Source: an uncultured Pseudomonadota bacterium (GTDB lineage Bacteria; Pseudomonadota; Alphaproteobacteria; Rhizobiales; Xanthobacteraceae). Taken from it: DNA of 64,000 bases. The stretch lies in assembly GCA_963791155.1 (NCBI GenBank), contig CAWBRI010000020.1, positions 75,518 to 139,517 of the forward strand, given 5' to 3'. Below are positions 51,932 to 62,212 of this stretch, in pieces. A model generated the notes under the pieces. It saw only the letters and a program-made list of their open reading frames with translations, had not been told where the DNA came from and searched no databases. Position numbers and translations under genes: made by a program. How positions within the stretch are numbered: position 1 is the first letter of the stretch; each line of letters begins with the position of its first letter.

Positions 51932-53624
51932 TCAGTTCTTGAGGGTCATGCAGCTGATGTCGTTGCGCTTGAGCTGCTTGCACGTCGCTTCGGCCTGATC
52001 TTTTTCAAGCCCCGCAAAGCGCGCCCGATAGAATGTCTTGTCGCCCTTGGTCACCGTTTCGGTGAACGCATCAGCCCGGCGGAGCGCGCTCTTGGCCTTG
52101 CTCTGCGCTGCATCGAGGCGCTGCTTGGCTTCTGTTTCGGTCTCGAAGGCGCCGATCTGGATGATCCAGCCGCTGTGGGTTTGGGGTTTGCGGGCGGGCA
52201 CCGCGGCAGGCTCCGGCTTTACGGCGGCTTCGGGTTTCGGGGCGGGGCTAGCGGGGAGCTGAGCCGCTGCCGGAACGGCCGGAACCGAAGGCCAGCGCGG
52301 CGGTCTTGATCGTGTCCGTGCTCGGTGCCGACCAGGGCTGGGCTACGAGGGCCGGCTGCGCCGGCTGAGGCGCGGCGACCTTGGGCGTCGCCGCCGATGG
52401 GGTCGAGCCTGTCTCGTCGGGCACCGTGATCATCGCCGCCGAGGGAGCGAGCGACGCGGTTTGGGCACCCGAGAGCTTGACCTTGATCGTCTTCACCGCG
52501 ATCGGCTTGAGCGGTTCGGACGAGCCGGCGGAAAGGTGCGGCTTGGGCGCGACCATGAGGGGTCCCTGGATCGGCGCGCCGCCGGCCGGCGGCAGAGCCG
52601 GCACCGACGAAACGGTGGCGAGCGCGTAGCCGTCCGCGGAAGCGGTTTGCACCGGGTGGGCGGGAGCGCGCGGTTCGGCCGGCACGGACGCGGCCTCCGC
52701 GATCATGGTGGCGGTGCGACGGTTCGATGCTTCGGCAAAGTGCTGGTCGATCAGGGTGCGCATGCGCGCGTCGCGCGCGCCGGCGGAGCTGCCGCCCATC
52801 ACCACGGCGACGATATGGCGGTTGTCGCGATTGACCGCGGTGACGAGATTGAAGCCCGACGCGTGCGTATAGCCGGTCTTGATGCCGTCGACTCCTTCGA
52901 CGCGACCAAGCAGGTGATTGTGGTTGCGCATCGCCTCGCCGTGATAAGTGAAAGACGGCGTCGAGAAATAGCGGTAGTAGCGCGGAAAGCGCTCCTGGAT
53001 GGCGCGGCCGAGCAACGCCTGATCGCGCGCGGTGGTCACCTGGTCGTCGTCGGGCAGTCCCGATGCGTTGCGATAGGTCGTCCGGCTCATGCCGAGCGCG
53101 CGCGCCTTGCTGGTCATCAGCTTGGCGAAGTCGTCCTCGCTGCCCGCGATGGCTTCCGCGATGACGACGGCGGCGTCGTTCGCCGATTTGGTGACGAGGC
53201 CGCGGATCGCGTCCTCGACCTCGAGGCTCTGGCCTGGCCGCAGCCCGAGCTTGGTCGGCGCCTGATCGGACGCGTGCTCGGACACCGGCATGGAGGCGTT
53301 GAGCCGCATCTTGCCGGACTCGAGGCGCTCGAACAGCAGATAGAGCGTCATGATCTTCGTCAGCGACGCCGGATGACGCGAACCATCCGCGCTCGCCTCG
53401 TGCAGGGTCTTGCCCGAATTCGCGTCGACCACGATCGCCGAGTAAGGCGGGCCGTAGCTGTCCGCGCGGGTGGCGTGATGACTGATATTTCCGCCACCAT
53501 TGGATCGACGATGGCGACGCGCGTCAGCCGGGTCGGTGGCGACGGCCAGCACCGTGACCACCGCAACCAGACCGAAAATCGACAGACGCCATCCCCTCGA
53601 CACGCCGTCATCTAAGCGAAACAT
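51932..53624 (-). pseudogene. D-alanyl-D-alanine carboxypeptidase (S11 PBP) with a C-terminal SPOR domain, 1 frameshift as sequenced
   Basis: ORF 52248..53624 carries PASLTKIMT (SxxK), a SAND-like SxN motif and KTGYT. After a Pro/Ala linker comes the SPOR domain of ORF 51932..52201 (SGWIIQIGAFETETEAK...YRARFAGL). The frames join near 52300. Confidence 0.8.
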
Positions 53625-53851
53625 GGTCTCCCCTGGTCCTGCTCGCTCAGCGCCCCGTGCGCCGGACTTCCCCGAGACGCCCCGGAGTCACGTTACGACT
53701 CGACCGAAAAAAAGGCGGTGTTGCGGCCGCCCTGTCCCGATCGTGCCGATAATGCGAGCTTTGCCGCAACAGCACAATTGATAAGCGTAGGGGGGTGGGG
53801 TTGCTAAATGGTTAAATTGATTATGGAATTGGAAAGACCCCGTTAATGATA

Positions 53852-53900
53852 TTGCAATGCAATATTTTCTATTGACTTTTTGTGCAGTGCGACATATTTA
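53852..53900 (+). promoter_or_regulatory. putative phasin promoter (TTGACT-17-TATTTA) with TGC-N3-GCA type palindromes
   Basis: The -35 box TTGACT is at 53872..53877, followed by a 17-nt spacer and TATTTA at 53895..53900. TTGCAaTGCAA lies at 53852..53862 and TGCAGTGCG lies inside the spacer. The site is in an AT-rich patch ~75 nt upstream of phaP. Confidence 0.45.
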
Positions 53901-53974
53901 AGTTTCACGGCTTAGGGAGCCGATTTGCTCAACCAAGGTCGCCTGTGCCCAGCGGGCGAGCCGGGAGATCCACC

Positions 53975-54310
53975 ATGCTCAAGAACTTCGATGAATTCCA
54001 GAAAGTCGGCAAGGACAACATGGATACCGCCATGAAGTCGCTCGGATCGGTGTCCAAGGGCCTGCAGGCGATCGCCTCCGAGGTCGCCGATTACTCGAAG
54101 AAGTCGTTCGAGGAAGGTTCCGCGGCGGCCGAGAAGCTGCTCGGCGCCAAGACGATCGAGAAGGCCATCGAGATCCAGACCGACTACGCGAAGTCGGCCT
54201 ATGAGAGCTTCATTGCGGGCGCGACCCGCATCGGCGAGCTCTATGCCGATCTCACGAAGGAGACCTACAAGCCCTTCGAAGCCTATATCGGCAAGGTCAA
54301 CGGCAAGTGA
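53975..54310 (+). CDS. phaP: phasin (PHA granule-associated protein)
   Basis: The sequence MLKNFDEFQKVGKDNMDTAMKSLGSVSKGLQAIASEVADYSKKSFEEG is a typical alphaproteobacterial phasin. Confidence 0.88.
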   Translation: MLKNFDEFQKVGKDNMDTAMKSLGSVSKGLQAIASEVADYSKKSFEEGSAAAEKLLGAKTIEKAIEIQTDYAKSAYESFIAGATRIGELYADLTKETYKPFEAYIGKVNGK

Positions 54311-54345
54311 TCTGACGTAACATCGGACCTGTCGTCCACGAATCC

Positions 54346-54373
54346 AAAGCCCGGCCGCATGGCCGGGCTTTTT
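54346..54373 (+). terminator. rho-independent terminator of phaP
   Basis: The sequence is AAAGCCCGGCC-gcat-GGCCGGGCTTTTT. Confidence 0.85.
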
Positions 54374-54456
54374 GCTGTGGGGGTGGCGGCGCGCGCCGCC
54401 ACCCGCCAGGTCGTTTCGCGATTAGTCGCTTCGCGTCAAGTCGCTTCGCGATCAGG

Positions 54457-56041
54457 TCACTTCGCGATGCGTAGCTGCGAGAGCTGCGTCCCGATCTGGT
54501 TGAAGGCCGTGACGATCTCGGTCGACGACGTGAGCAGGAAGAACTTGCTCGGGTCGCTCGCGCAGTTCTGCAGCAATGTCGAGGTCGGGTCCTTGGGGGT
54601 CTGGGTATTGACCTGGATGGTGTAGATCGTGATGCCGGCGTTCTTGATATTGTCGCATGTTACTTTCTGCCGTGCATCGATGCACATGACGGTACCGCAC
54701 ATATCCGTGTCGGAATACCAGCGGTTCTGGGTGTTGAGGCCGTCGGTCAAGAGGATGATCACCTGCTGATAGGTGTAGCCCGGATCCATCGGCGGCGCCG
54801 TGAACGGTCCGCCGCCCACCAGCGACATCCAACCCAGCTCAAGTCCGATATTCTGGTTGGTGTTGCCGTTGGCGACCATGTTGTTGACCTCGGTGGTCAT
54901 CGCGGTCCAGTTGTAGCTCAAGCCCATCACGGCCTGCGGGCAGGCACTGTATTGCTCGGCCGCAAACATCGTGGCCGGAGTGCCGGCGGTCGGAGCGACG
55001 ACATTCGTGTCGTAGTTGCCGGCGTTGGGGGCACCCGGAGTCGCCGCGATCCATGACGCAGCCGTTCCAGGTGTTGTGGTTGTCGGGCGTCCAAGTGTAG
55101 GTATCCGTCCACACTCCAACTCCAGGGGTCCAGACCGCGGGCGTGGTCCAGGTGCCGTTGGCGTTGGTGCACGAATTCTTGCTGTGATGACTCGGTTTGG
55201 AGCATACACCGTCGGCCACGCAGCTGCTCTGAGTGGTGTCTTTCGTGTTGTTGCAGCTTCCGGTCGCCGCCACGCAGGAGCTCTCGGTGGTATAGCCGGC
55301 AAGGCTGCAATTACCCGGGCTCAAACAGGAGTTCCTGTCGCTGAAGTTGTTGTTGCTGCAGGTTCCGTTGTTGGCATCCCAGGACGTGTTGTCGGTATGG
55401 GCCGCATCGTCCCAGTAGATCCAGGGCGCACTGTAGTTGACCTTGTCGAGATTGACGTCCTTGCACGAACGGAATGATCGACACGTAGACGTCGCCGTTG
55501 GTGGACGCCGCCTTTTTCAACTGGGCGAGCAGGCCGTGGTGGTCTTGGTCGCGGTCTTGAGCGCCGCCATCTTGCTGGATGCCGCCATCGATCCGGTGTT
55601 GTCGAGCACCAGCGCGACGCGCAGCCGCGAGGTGCCGAAGTTCGCGGTCGACGTGATCGTTGAGCGGCACCTGCTTGATGCCCAGGATCCCCATGATGTT
55701 GGTATTGTAGGTGCCGGTCGCGGTGACGACCACCGTGCGATCCGACGTCGGTGAAGGTCGTGGTCACCTGCAGGTTCTGCAGCTGATTCGTGTGGGTGAA
55801 CACCGCGTTGAAATAGTCCGATGCCTTCGCTCGTGATCTTGGCCGCGGTGAGCGAGGGGTTGGTCGCCACGTTCTGCGCCACCGCGAGCGCGGTCGCGTC
55901 GCCCGCCGCCTGCATGGAGGTCCGATCATGGTTGGCGAGGCTGTAGTCGACCGCCGCGCCGGTGAGGCCCATCAGCGGAATGAAGGCGAGGGCGAAGATC
56001 ACGGCCGTGTTGCCGTCCTTCGCGCGGCGAATTCGCCCCAC
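54457..56041 (-). pseudogene. TadG-like (Tad_N) vWA-domain protein, paralog 1, at least 5 frameshifts as sequenced
   Basis: The N-terminus is MGRIRRAKDGNTAVIFALAFIPLMGLTGAAVDYS (TadE/G-like). The vWA MIDAS context is LRVALVLDNTGSM. A Cys/Thr-rich insert follows (NCSLAGYTTESSCVAATGSCNNTKDTTQSSCVADGVC...NTWNGCVMDRGD). The C-terminus reads VIILLTDGLNT...ITIYTIQVN...QLSQLRIAK. Confidence 0.75.
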
Positions 56042-56307
56042 GGTTGCGGAGCTTGCACGATCAGCCGTTGGTCGTCATGACACACCTGCCACATCGGAGT
56101 TGACGAGAATTCCGCCCCAAAGGGTACTGTCAGAAGGAAAATTATTGACTAACTCGACGACAGAAACCCGGGCCGTGTCGCCGGCGCGAACGGGCCGGGA
56201 AAGACGAGAAGTTCGGTCAAGGTAAAAAATTCGCCAAGCACAAGGTGGCACATCGGCGGTATTTCGTTCCCACGCCGGCCGGGACGGTGACGTCCCGGCC
56301 GGCGCCG

Positions 56308-57685
56308 TCAGGTTCGCCTCACTTCGCGATGCGGAGCTGGGACAGGCTGGTGCCGATCTGGCCGAACGTGGTGATGATCTGACTCGGCGACGTCAGCAGG
56401 AAGAACTTGCCGGCGTCCGCGACCTGCGGCTTGGTGCTGGCGCAGTACTGCAGCACGGTCGACGTCGGATCGCTGCCGGTGTTGACCTGCACCGAGTAGA
56501 TCGTGACGCCGGCGGCCTTGATGTTGTCGCACAGCGATCTGCTGGCGGTTGTCGATCGAGGTCGCGTCGGTGTACCAGCGGTCCTGGGTGTTGAGGCCGT
56601 CGCTCAGCAGGATGATGACCTGCTGGTACTGGTAGTTCGGGTCTTGCGCCGGCGCGTTGAGCGGGGCGCTGGCGATGAGCGACTGCCAGCCCCAGGCCAG
56701 CCCGATCGCCTGGTTGGTGTTGCCGGCCGGCCATCATGGCGTCGATCTTGCTGTTGAGCGCGGTCCAGTCGTAGCTCTGCGCCATCGAGGGCGACCGGGC
56801 ACGACGGAATACTGCTCGGCCGGGAACAGCGCGCCGCCGCCGGGGCGGTGTTCATGGTGTCGTAGTTCTGGTCGCGGTCGGTCACGCAGCCGTTCCACGT
56901 GCTGTGGGCGTCCGCGCGTCCAGGTTCCCGCCAGTTACTTGTGCAGACGCTCTGGGAAGTGTTCTGGCGAATGGTGAGACCCGCCGCTGCAGGTGCCATT
57001 GGCGGCGTCCCACTCCGTCCAGTCGATCCAGGATTGCGCTGTAGTTGCTCGCGCCGACATTGACGTCCTTGGCGAACGGGATGATCGACACATAGACGTC
57101 GCCGTTGTCTGGCGGCGGACTTCTGCAGCTGGGTCAGCAGGTTCTGGGTGGCGGTCTTGAGCGCGTCGATCTTGTTCGGCGTGCCGCCCTGCTGCATCGA
57201 GCCGGTATTGTCGAGCACGAGCGCGACGCGCAGCCGCGTCTTGCCCCAGGTCGCGGTCGAATTGGCGACGATCGGCATCTTGTGGCTGGCGAATGGCAGA
57301 ACCTTCAAGATCGTCATATCGACCGAGCTCGTCGCCGACACGATCACCTGCGAAACATTTTTGGGGGCGCTCACGCTCACGACCGGCGGCGCGGCGTCGG
57401 ACGGCATTTTGCCGGAGTCGGACCGCGTGTGGTCGTAGACCGCGTTGAAGTAGTCCGTCCCGAAGGTCTGATTTGGGCGTCAGTGAGTGGGGTAGCGGCT
57501 TTGGCGATCTCCTGGGCGACGGCAAGCGCGGTCGAATCGGCCGCCGTCTGCAGCGTGGCTTTCGCCGAGCTGGCGCGACCGTAGTCGACGGAAGCTCCGA
57601 TCAGCCCAAGGAGGGGGACGGCAGCGAGCGCCAGCAAAGGAGCCACACTGGCGTTGCGGTCGTCCAGAAAACGCTGGAACAACAT
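56308..57685 (-). pseudogene. TadG-like (Tad_N) vWA-domain protein, paralog 2, at least 6 frameshifts as sequenced
   Basis: The N-terminus is MLFQRFLDDRNASVAPLLALAAVPLLGLIGASVDYG. Further on are LRVALVLDNTGSM, STWNGCVTDRDQNYD and a C-terminus ending SQLRIAK. The 3' region is roughly 70% identical by eye to paralog 1. Confidence 0.7.
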
Positions 57686-58013
57686 GGCGCATCTCCACTG
57701 AAATTGTTTCTGCGGGCGCAATATGTCGGTGGGGATTTTCATTTCCGTTGCGGCAATGCCGAATTTTCGCCTGCTTCCCGCGATGGATTCTTAACTAGAC
57801 GAGATTCGGCGTGGACCCGCCTTGCGGCGGCCTGGAAGGAGGTTCTCGGGACCCTTGGGCGGCCGGGGAGCAGCTTTGAAATCGGTCTGGTGGCAAAGTC
57901 AGCGGTTGCCTATTATTTAACCCTACAAGAGGACGCCGCTTTGCGGCATTCTCTCGCGAAGACCCCGCGTATCAGTCACCTCAAGCGCCACAGGGCTCCC
58001 GACCTACGACGCC

Positions 58014-58425
58014 ATGTCACAGTCCGTCCGCCGAGCGCTGCCCTGGGCAGCACATGCGATCAACGCCGCCCCTCCGCGGCTGGCGGGCGACGACGGCAAG
58101 CGCCGTGCGGACCAGGGCGGTCCCGGCGGTCCGGGCACGGCCGTCATCACGAAGACCAAGCCGCAGACCAAGCGGCCCAATCTTGTACCGGGTTCTGTTG
58201 CTCAACGACGACTACACGCCCATGGAGTTCGTGGTTCATGTGCTCGAGCGATTCTTCAACAAGGACCGGGAAGCCGCGACCCGAATCATGCTGCACGTCC
58301 ATCACCACGGGATCGGCGAGTGCGGCGTCTTCACCTACGAGATCGCCGAGACAAAAGTGACACAGGTCATGGACTTTGCCCGCAAACACCAGCATCCTCT
58401 GCAATGCGTGATGGAAAAGAAGTGA
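58014..58425 (+). pseudogene. clpS: ATP-dependent Clp protease adaptor ClpS, 1 frameshift near 58185; start uncertain
   Basis: [14 protein letters not shown] is in one frame. [57 protein letters not shown] is in the next frame (ORF 58054..58425). Confidence 0.85.
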
Positions 58426-58570
58426 CAGGGGACCTTCACGATCGGGAACCGACGGCCGAGCCGGGACTTATGACGCCGAGACCCCGACTCGGAGACGTGA
58501 CGCCGAGGCAGCCAAGACGATCACAGACGATCAAGCCCTGGGGGGCTCACCCGGAAGACATGAGACACTG

Positions 58571-60985
58571 ATGCCAACATTCTCGCGCAGCCTCGAACAA
58601 TCGCTTCACCGGGCGCTAGCGCTCGCCAACGAGCGGCACCACGAATACGCGACGCTCGAGCATCTGCTGCTCGCCCTGATCGACGACCAGGACGCCGCCG
58701 CCGTGATGCGGGCCTGCAATGTCGATCTCGACAAGCTCAGGCGCGATCTCACCGCTTACGTCGAATCGGAGCTCGAGAATCTGGTCACCGAGGGGGCCGA
58801 GAACTCCAAGCCCACCGCCGGCTTCCAGCGCGTGATCCAGCGCGCCGTCATTCACGTGCAGTCGTCCGGCCGCGAGGAGGTGACCGGCGCGAACGTGCTG
58901 GTCGCGATCTTCGCCGAACGCGAGAGCCACGCCGCCTATTTCCTGCAGGAGCAGGAGATGACCCGCTACGACGCGGTCAACTACATCAGCCACGGCATCG
59001 CCAAGCGCCCGGGACTCGCCGAATCGCGTCCCGCACGCGGGGTCGACGAGGAGGCCGACACCAAGGGCGGCGACGAGCCCAAGAAGAAGGGCGATGCGCT
59101 CGATGCCTATTGCGTCAATCTCAACAAGAAGGCGCGCGAGGGCAAGATCGACCCGCTGATCGGCCGCGAGTCGGAGATCAGCCGCACGATCCAGGTGCTG
59201 TGCCGCCGCCAGAAGAACAATCCGCTGTTCGTCGGCGACGCCGGCGTCGGCAAGACCGCGATTGCCGAGGGTCTGGCGCGCCGCATCGTCAACAGCGAAG
59301 TGCCCGACGTGCTGCGCAACGCCACGGTGTTCGCCCTCGACATGGGCACGCTGCTCGCCGGAACCCGCTACCGTGGCGACTTCGAGGAGCGGCTCAAGCA
59401 GGTGATCAAGGAACTGGAGGCCTACCCGGGCGCGATCCTGTTCATCGACGAGATCCACACCGTGATCGGCGCGGGGGCGACCTCGGGCGGCGCGATGGAC
59501 GCCTCCAACCTGCTCAAGCCGGCGCTCGCCTCGGGGACCGTGCGCTGCATCGGGTCGACCACCTACAAGGAATACCGCCAGTATTTCGAGAAGGACCGCG
59601 CCCTGGTGCGCCGGTTCCAGAAGATCGACGTCAACGAGCCGTCGATTCCGGACGCGATCGAGATCCTCAAGGGGCTCAAGCCCTATTTCGAGGACTACCA
59701 CAAGCTCAAATACACCAGCGACGCCATCAAGGCGGCGGTCGAGCTGTCGGCGCGCTACATCCACGACCGCAAGCTGCCCGACAAGGCGATCGACGTGATC
59801 GACGAATCGGGCGCCGCCCAGATGCTGCTGCCCGAGGGCAAGCGCAAGAAGACGATCGGCCTCAAGGAGGTCGAGGCGACGATCGCCACCATGGCGCGGA
59901 TTCCGCCCAAGACCGTCTCGAAGGACGACGCCGCGGTGCTGGCGCATCTCGAGGAGACGCTCAAGCGCGTGGTCTACGGCCAGGACAAGCCGATCGAGGC
60001 GCTGTCGGCCTCGATCAAGCTCGCGCGCGCCGGCCTGCGCGAGCCCGAGAAGCCGATCGGCTGCTACCTGTTCTCGGGTCCCACCGGCGTCGGCAAGACC
60101 GAAGTCGCCAAACAGCTGGCCGCCTCGCTCGGCGTCGAGCTCCTGCGCTTCGACATGTCGGAATACATGGAGCGCCATACGGTGTCGCGGCTGATCGGCG
60201 CGCCGCCCGGCTATGTGGGCTTCGACCAGGGCGGGCTCCTGACCGACGGCGTCGATCAGCATCCGCATTGCGTGCTGCTGCTCGACGAGATCGAGAAGGC
60301 GCATCCCGACCTGTTCAACGTGCTCCTGCAGATCATGGATCACGGCAAGCTCACCGACCACAACGGCAAGCAGGTCGATTTCCGCAACGTGATCCTGATC
60401 ATGACCACCAATGCGGGCGCCGCCGACCTCGCCAAGGCGGCCTACGGCTTTACCCGCCAGAAACGGGAAGGCGACGACACCGACGCGATCAACAAGATGT
60501 TCGCGCCCGAGTTCCGCAACCGGCTCGACTCCATCATCACGTTCAACCATCTCACGCCCGAGATCATCGCCAAGGTGGTGGAGAAATTCGTGCTTCAGCT
60601 GGAGGCGCAGCTGGCCGACCGCGACGTCACCATCGAGCTGTCGGACGAGGCCTCGAAATGGCTGATCGAGCACGGCTATGACGAGCAGATGGGCGCGCGG
60701 CCGATGTCGCGCGTGATCCAGGAGCACATCAAGAAGCCGCTCGCCGACGAAGTGTTGTTCGGCAAGCTCAAGTCGGGCGGCCACGTCAAGGTGATCCTCG
60801 TCCGGGAAGAGGGCGGAGCGCAGAAGCTCGCCTTCGAGTACCTCGACGGGCCCATCATGCCGAAGCCGGAACGCATCCCGGGCGCGCCCAAGCCCAAGCG
60901 CGCGCGCCGCAAATCGCCCAAGCCCAAGGGCGGGCCGCCGACCGGCCGCGGTTCGGTCCCCAAGGTGCCGCTGGTGCGGGTCTAG
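58571..60985 (+). CDS. clpA: ATP-dependent Clp protease ATP-binding subunit ClpA
   Basis: Intact 804-aa ORF with two AAA+ modules (GDAGVGKTA and GPTGVGKTE) and an N-terminal Clp_N repeat. It follows clpS. Confidence 0.97.
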   Translation: MPTFSRSLEQSLHRALALANERHHEYATLEHLLLALIDDQDAAAVMRACNVDLDKLRRDLTAYVESELENLVTEGAENSKPTAGFQRVIQRAVIHVQSSGREEVTGANVLVAIFAERESHAAYFLQEQEMTRYDAVNYISHGIAKRPGLAESRPARGVDEEADTKGGDEPKKKGDALDAYCVNLNKKAREGKIDPLIGRESEISRTIQVLCRRQKNNPLFVGDAGVGKTAIAEGLARRIVNSEVPDVLRNATVFALDMGTLLAGTRYRGDFEERLKQVIKELEAYPGAILFIDEIHTVIGAGATSGGAMDASNLLKPALASGTVRCIGSTTYKEYRQYFEKDRALVRRFQKIDVNEPSIPDAIEILKGLKPYFEDYHKLKYTSDAIKAAVELSARYIHDRKLPDKAIDVIDESGAAQMLLPEGKRKKTIGLKEVEATIATMARIPPKTVSKDDAAVLAHLEETLKRVVYGQDKPIEALSASIKLARAGLREPEKPIGCYLFSGPTGVGKTEVAKQLAASLGVELLRFDMSEYMERHTVSRLIGAPPGYVGFDQGGLLTDGVDQHPHCVLLLDEIEKAHPDLFNVLLQIMDHGKLTDHNGKQVDFRNVILIMTTNAGAADLAKAAYGFTRQKREGDDTDAINKMFAPEFRNRLDSIITFNHLTPEIIAKVVEKFVLQLEAQLADRDVTIELSDEASKWLIEHGYDEQMGARPMSRVIQEHIKKPLADEVLFGKLKSGGHVKVILVREEGGAQKLAFEYLDGPIMPKPERIPGAPKPKRARRKSPKPKGGPPTGRGSVPKVPLVRV

Positions 60986-61013
60986 GTTTCGCCGGCGTCT
61001 TGCCGAACAGGCG

Positions 61014-61083
61014 GGCGACGAGTGGTGAATAGCGAATAGGCGAACTACTATTCGCCATTCGCCACTCGCCACCCGCCACTCGC
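61014..61083. repeat. inverted heptamer-array element, copy 2
   Basis: The left arm GGCGACGAGTGGTGAATAGCGAATAGGCGAA faces the right arm TATTCGC CATTCGC CACTCGC CACCCGC CACTCGC. The element lies between the clpA stop and the azlC start and has the same heptamer family and CTCCTC flank as 16698..16778. Confidence 0.7.
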
Positions 61084-61091
61084 TCCTCGTC

Positions 61092-61832
61092 ATGTCCGCT
61101 CCGCCCATCACCGACGCGCTTCCGCTGCCCTACGGCTCCGCCTTTCTGGGCGGCATGCGCGCGGGCGCGACGTCGGTGTTCATGGTGGTGATCGTCGGCT
61201 CTTATATCAGCATCGGCGCGCTCGCCCACGACTTCGGCTTTCCGATTCCATGGGTCGTGCTGTCGACCGTGCTGATCTGGGCCGCGCCCGCGCAATTGAT
61301 CCTGATCTCGGCGCTCGGGGCGGGCGGTCCGCCGCTCGAGGTCGCGCTCGCGGTCGGCCTGAGCGGCATGCGGCTCTTCCCCATGGTGGTGTCGCTGCTG
61401 CCGTTGTTGAAGACGCCGGCGACCAGGTCGCGCGAGGTGATCGTTCCGGCGCACTTCACCGCCATCAGCATGTGGATCGAGGCCCTGCGGTTGTTGCCGA
61501 AAGTGCCGCGCGCCGCGCGTATTCCATTCGCCAACGGGATAGGCACCTGCTTGATGGCCGGCGCGGTGGTGGCGTCGATCATCGGCTACCGGCTCGCCCA
61601 AACGCTCCCGAGCCTTCTGGTTGCCGCCCTGCTGTTCATGTCGCCCATGAGTTTCCTGATGTCGGCCGTGCGCAACGCCTACTTCACCGCCGACCGGGTC
61701 GCGCTCGTGGTCGGCCTCGTGCTGGCGCCGCTGCTGGCCTGGCGCGGCGTCGAGCTCGATCTGATGTGGACCGGACTCGTCGGCGGCGTCGCGGCCTACG
61801 CGGCGCACCGCATCCGCGAGGCGCTGCGATGA
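61092..61832 (+). CDS. azlC: AzlC family branched-chain amino acid exporter subunit
   Basis: 246-aa polytopic ORF with an AzlC-like sequence. It is coupled to a small AzlD-like ORF by an ATGA overlap. Confidence 0.85.
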   Translation: MSAPPITDALPLPYGSAFLGGMRAGATSVFMVVIVGSYISIGALAHDFGFPIPWVVLSTVLIWAAPAQLILISALGAGGPPLEVALAVGLSGMRLFPMVVSLLPLLKTPATRSREVIVPAHFTAISMWIEALRLLPKVPRAARIPFANGIGTCLMAGAVVASIIGYRLAQTLPSLLVAALLFMSPMSFLMSAVRNAYFTADRVALVVGLVLAPLLAWRGVELDLMWTGLVGGVAAYAAHRIREALR

Positions 61833-62173
61833 GCGCGCTCGGGGGCCTGGCGCCCTATGTGCTCCTGGTCCTGGTCGGCTTCCTGCCGAACGAGGTCTGG
61901 CGCATGCTCGGGGTGGTGTTCTCGCGCGGCCTCGACGAGGAATCGGAGATCATCGTGTTCGCGCGCGCGGTCGCGACCGCGATCCTGACCGGCGTGGTCG
62001 GCAAGATCACGATCTTCGCGCCCGGCGCGCTCGCGACCGTGCCGGTCGCGGTGCGAATCGGGGCGGCGGCGCTCGGCGTTGTGGCGTTTCTGCTGATCCG
62101 CCGCTCGGTTTTCGCCGGCGTCGCCACCGCGACCGCCGCGATCGTGGCGGGCGTTCTGGTGTTTGGCGGGTAA
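61829..62173 (+). CDS. azlD: AzlD family protein
   Basis: 114-aa hydrophobic ORF (MSALGGLAPYVLLVLVGFLPNEVWR). The ATGA overlap with azlC is at 61829..61832. Confidence 0.8.
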   Translation: MSALGGLAPYVLLVLVGFLPNEVWRMLGVVFSRGLDEESEIIVFARAVATAILTGVVGKITIFAPGALATVPVAVRIGAAALGVVAFLLIRRSVFAGVATATAAIVAGVLVFGG

Positions 62174-62212
62174 GGGTCGGGTCATTCGTTCAAACCCCCA
62201 TGGGAGGCTGAC

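Noticed and set aside
58616-61111. 831-aa ORF on the minus strand opposite clpA
   Set aside because: It is fully antisense to an intact, highly conserved clpA. Its Arg/Ala/Gly/Leu-rich low-complexity composition is typical of spurious antisense ORFs in high-GC DNA, and it has no recognisable motifs.
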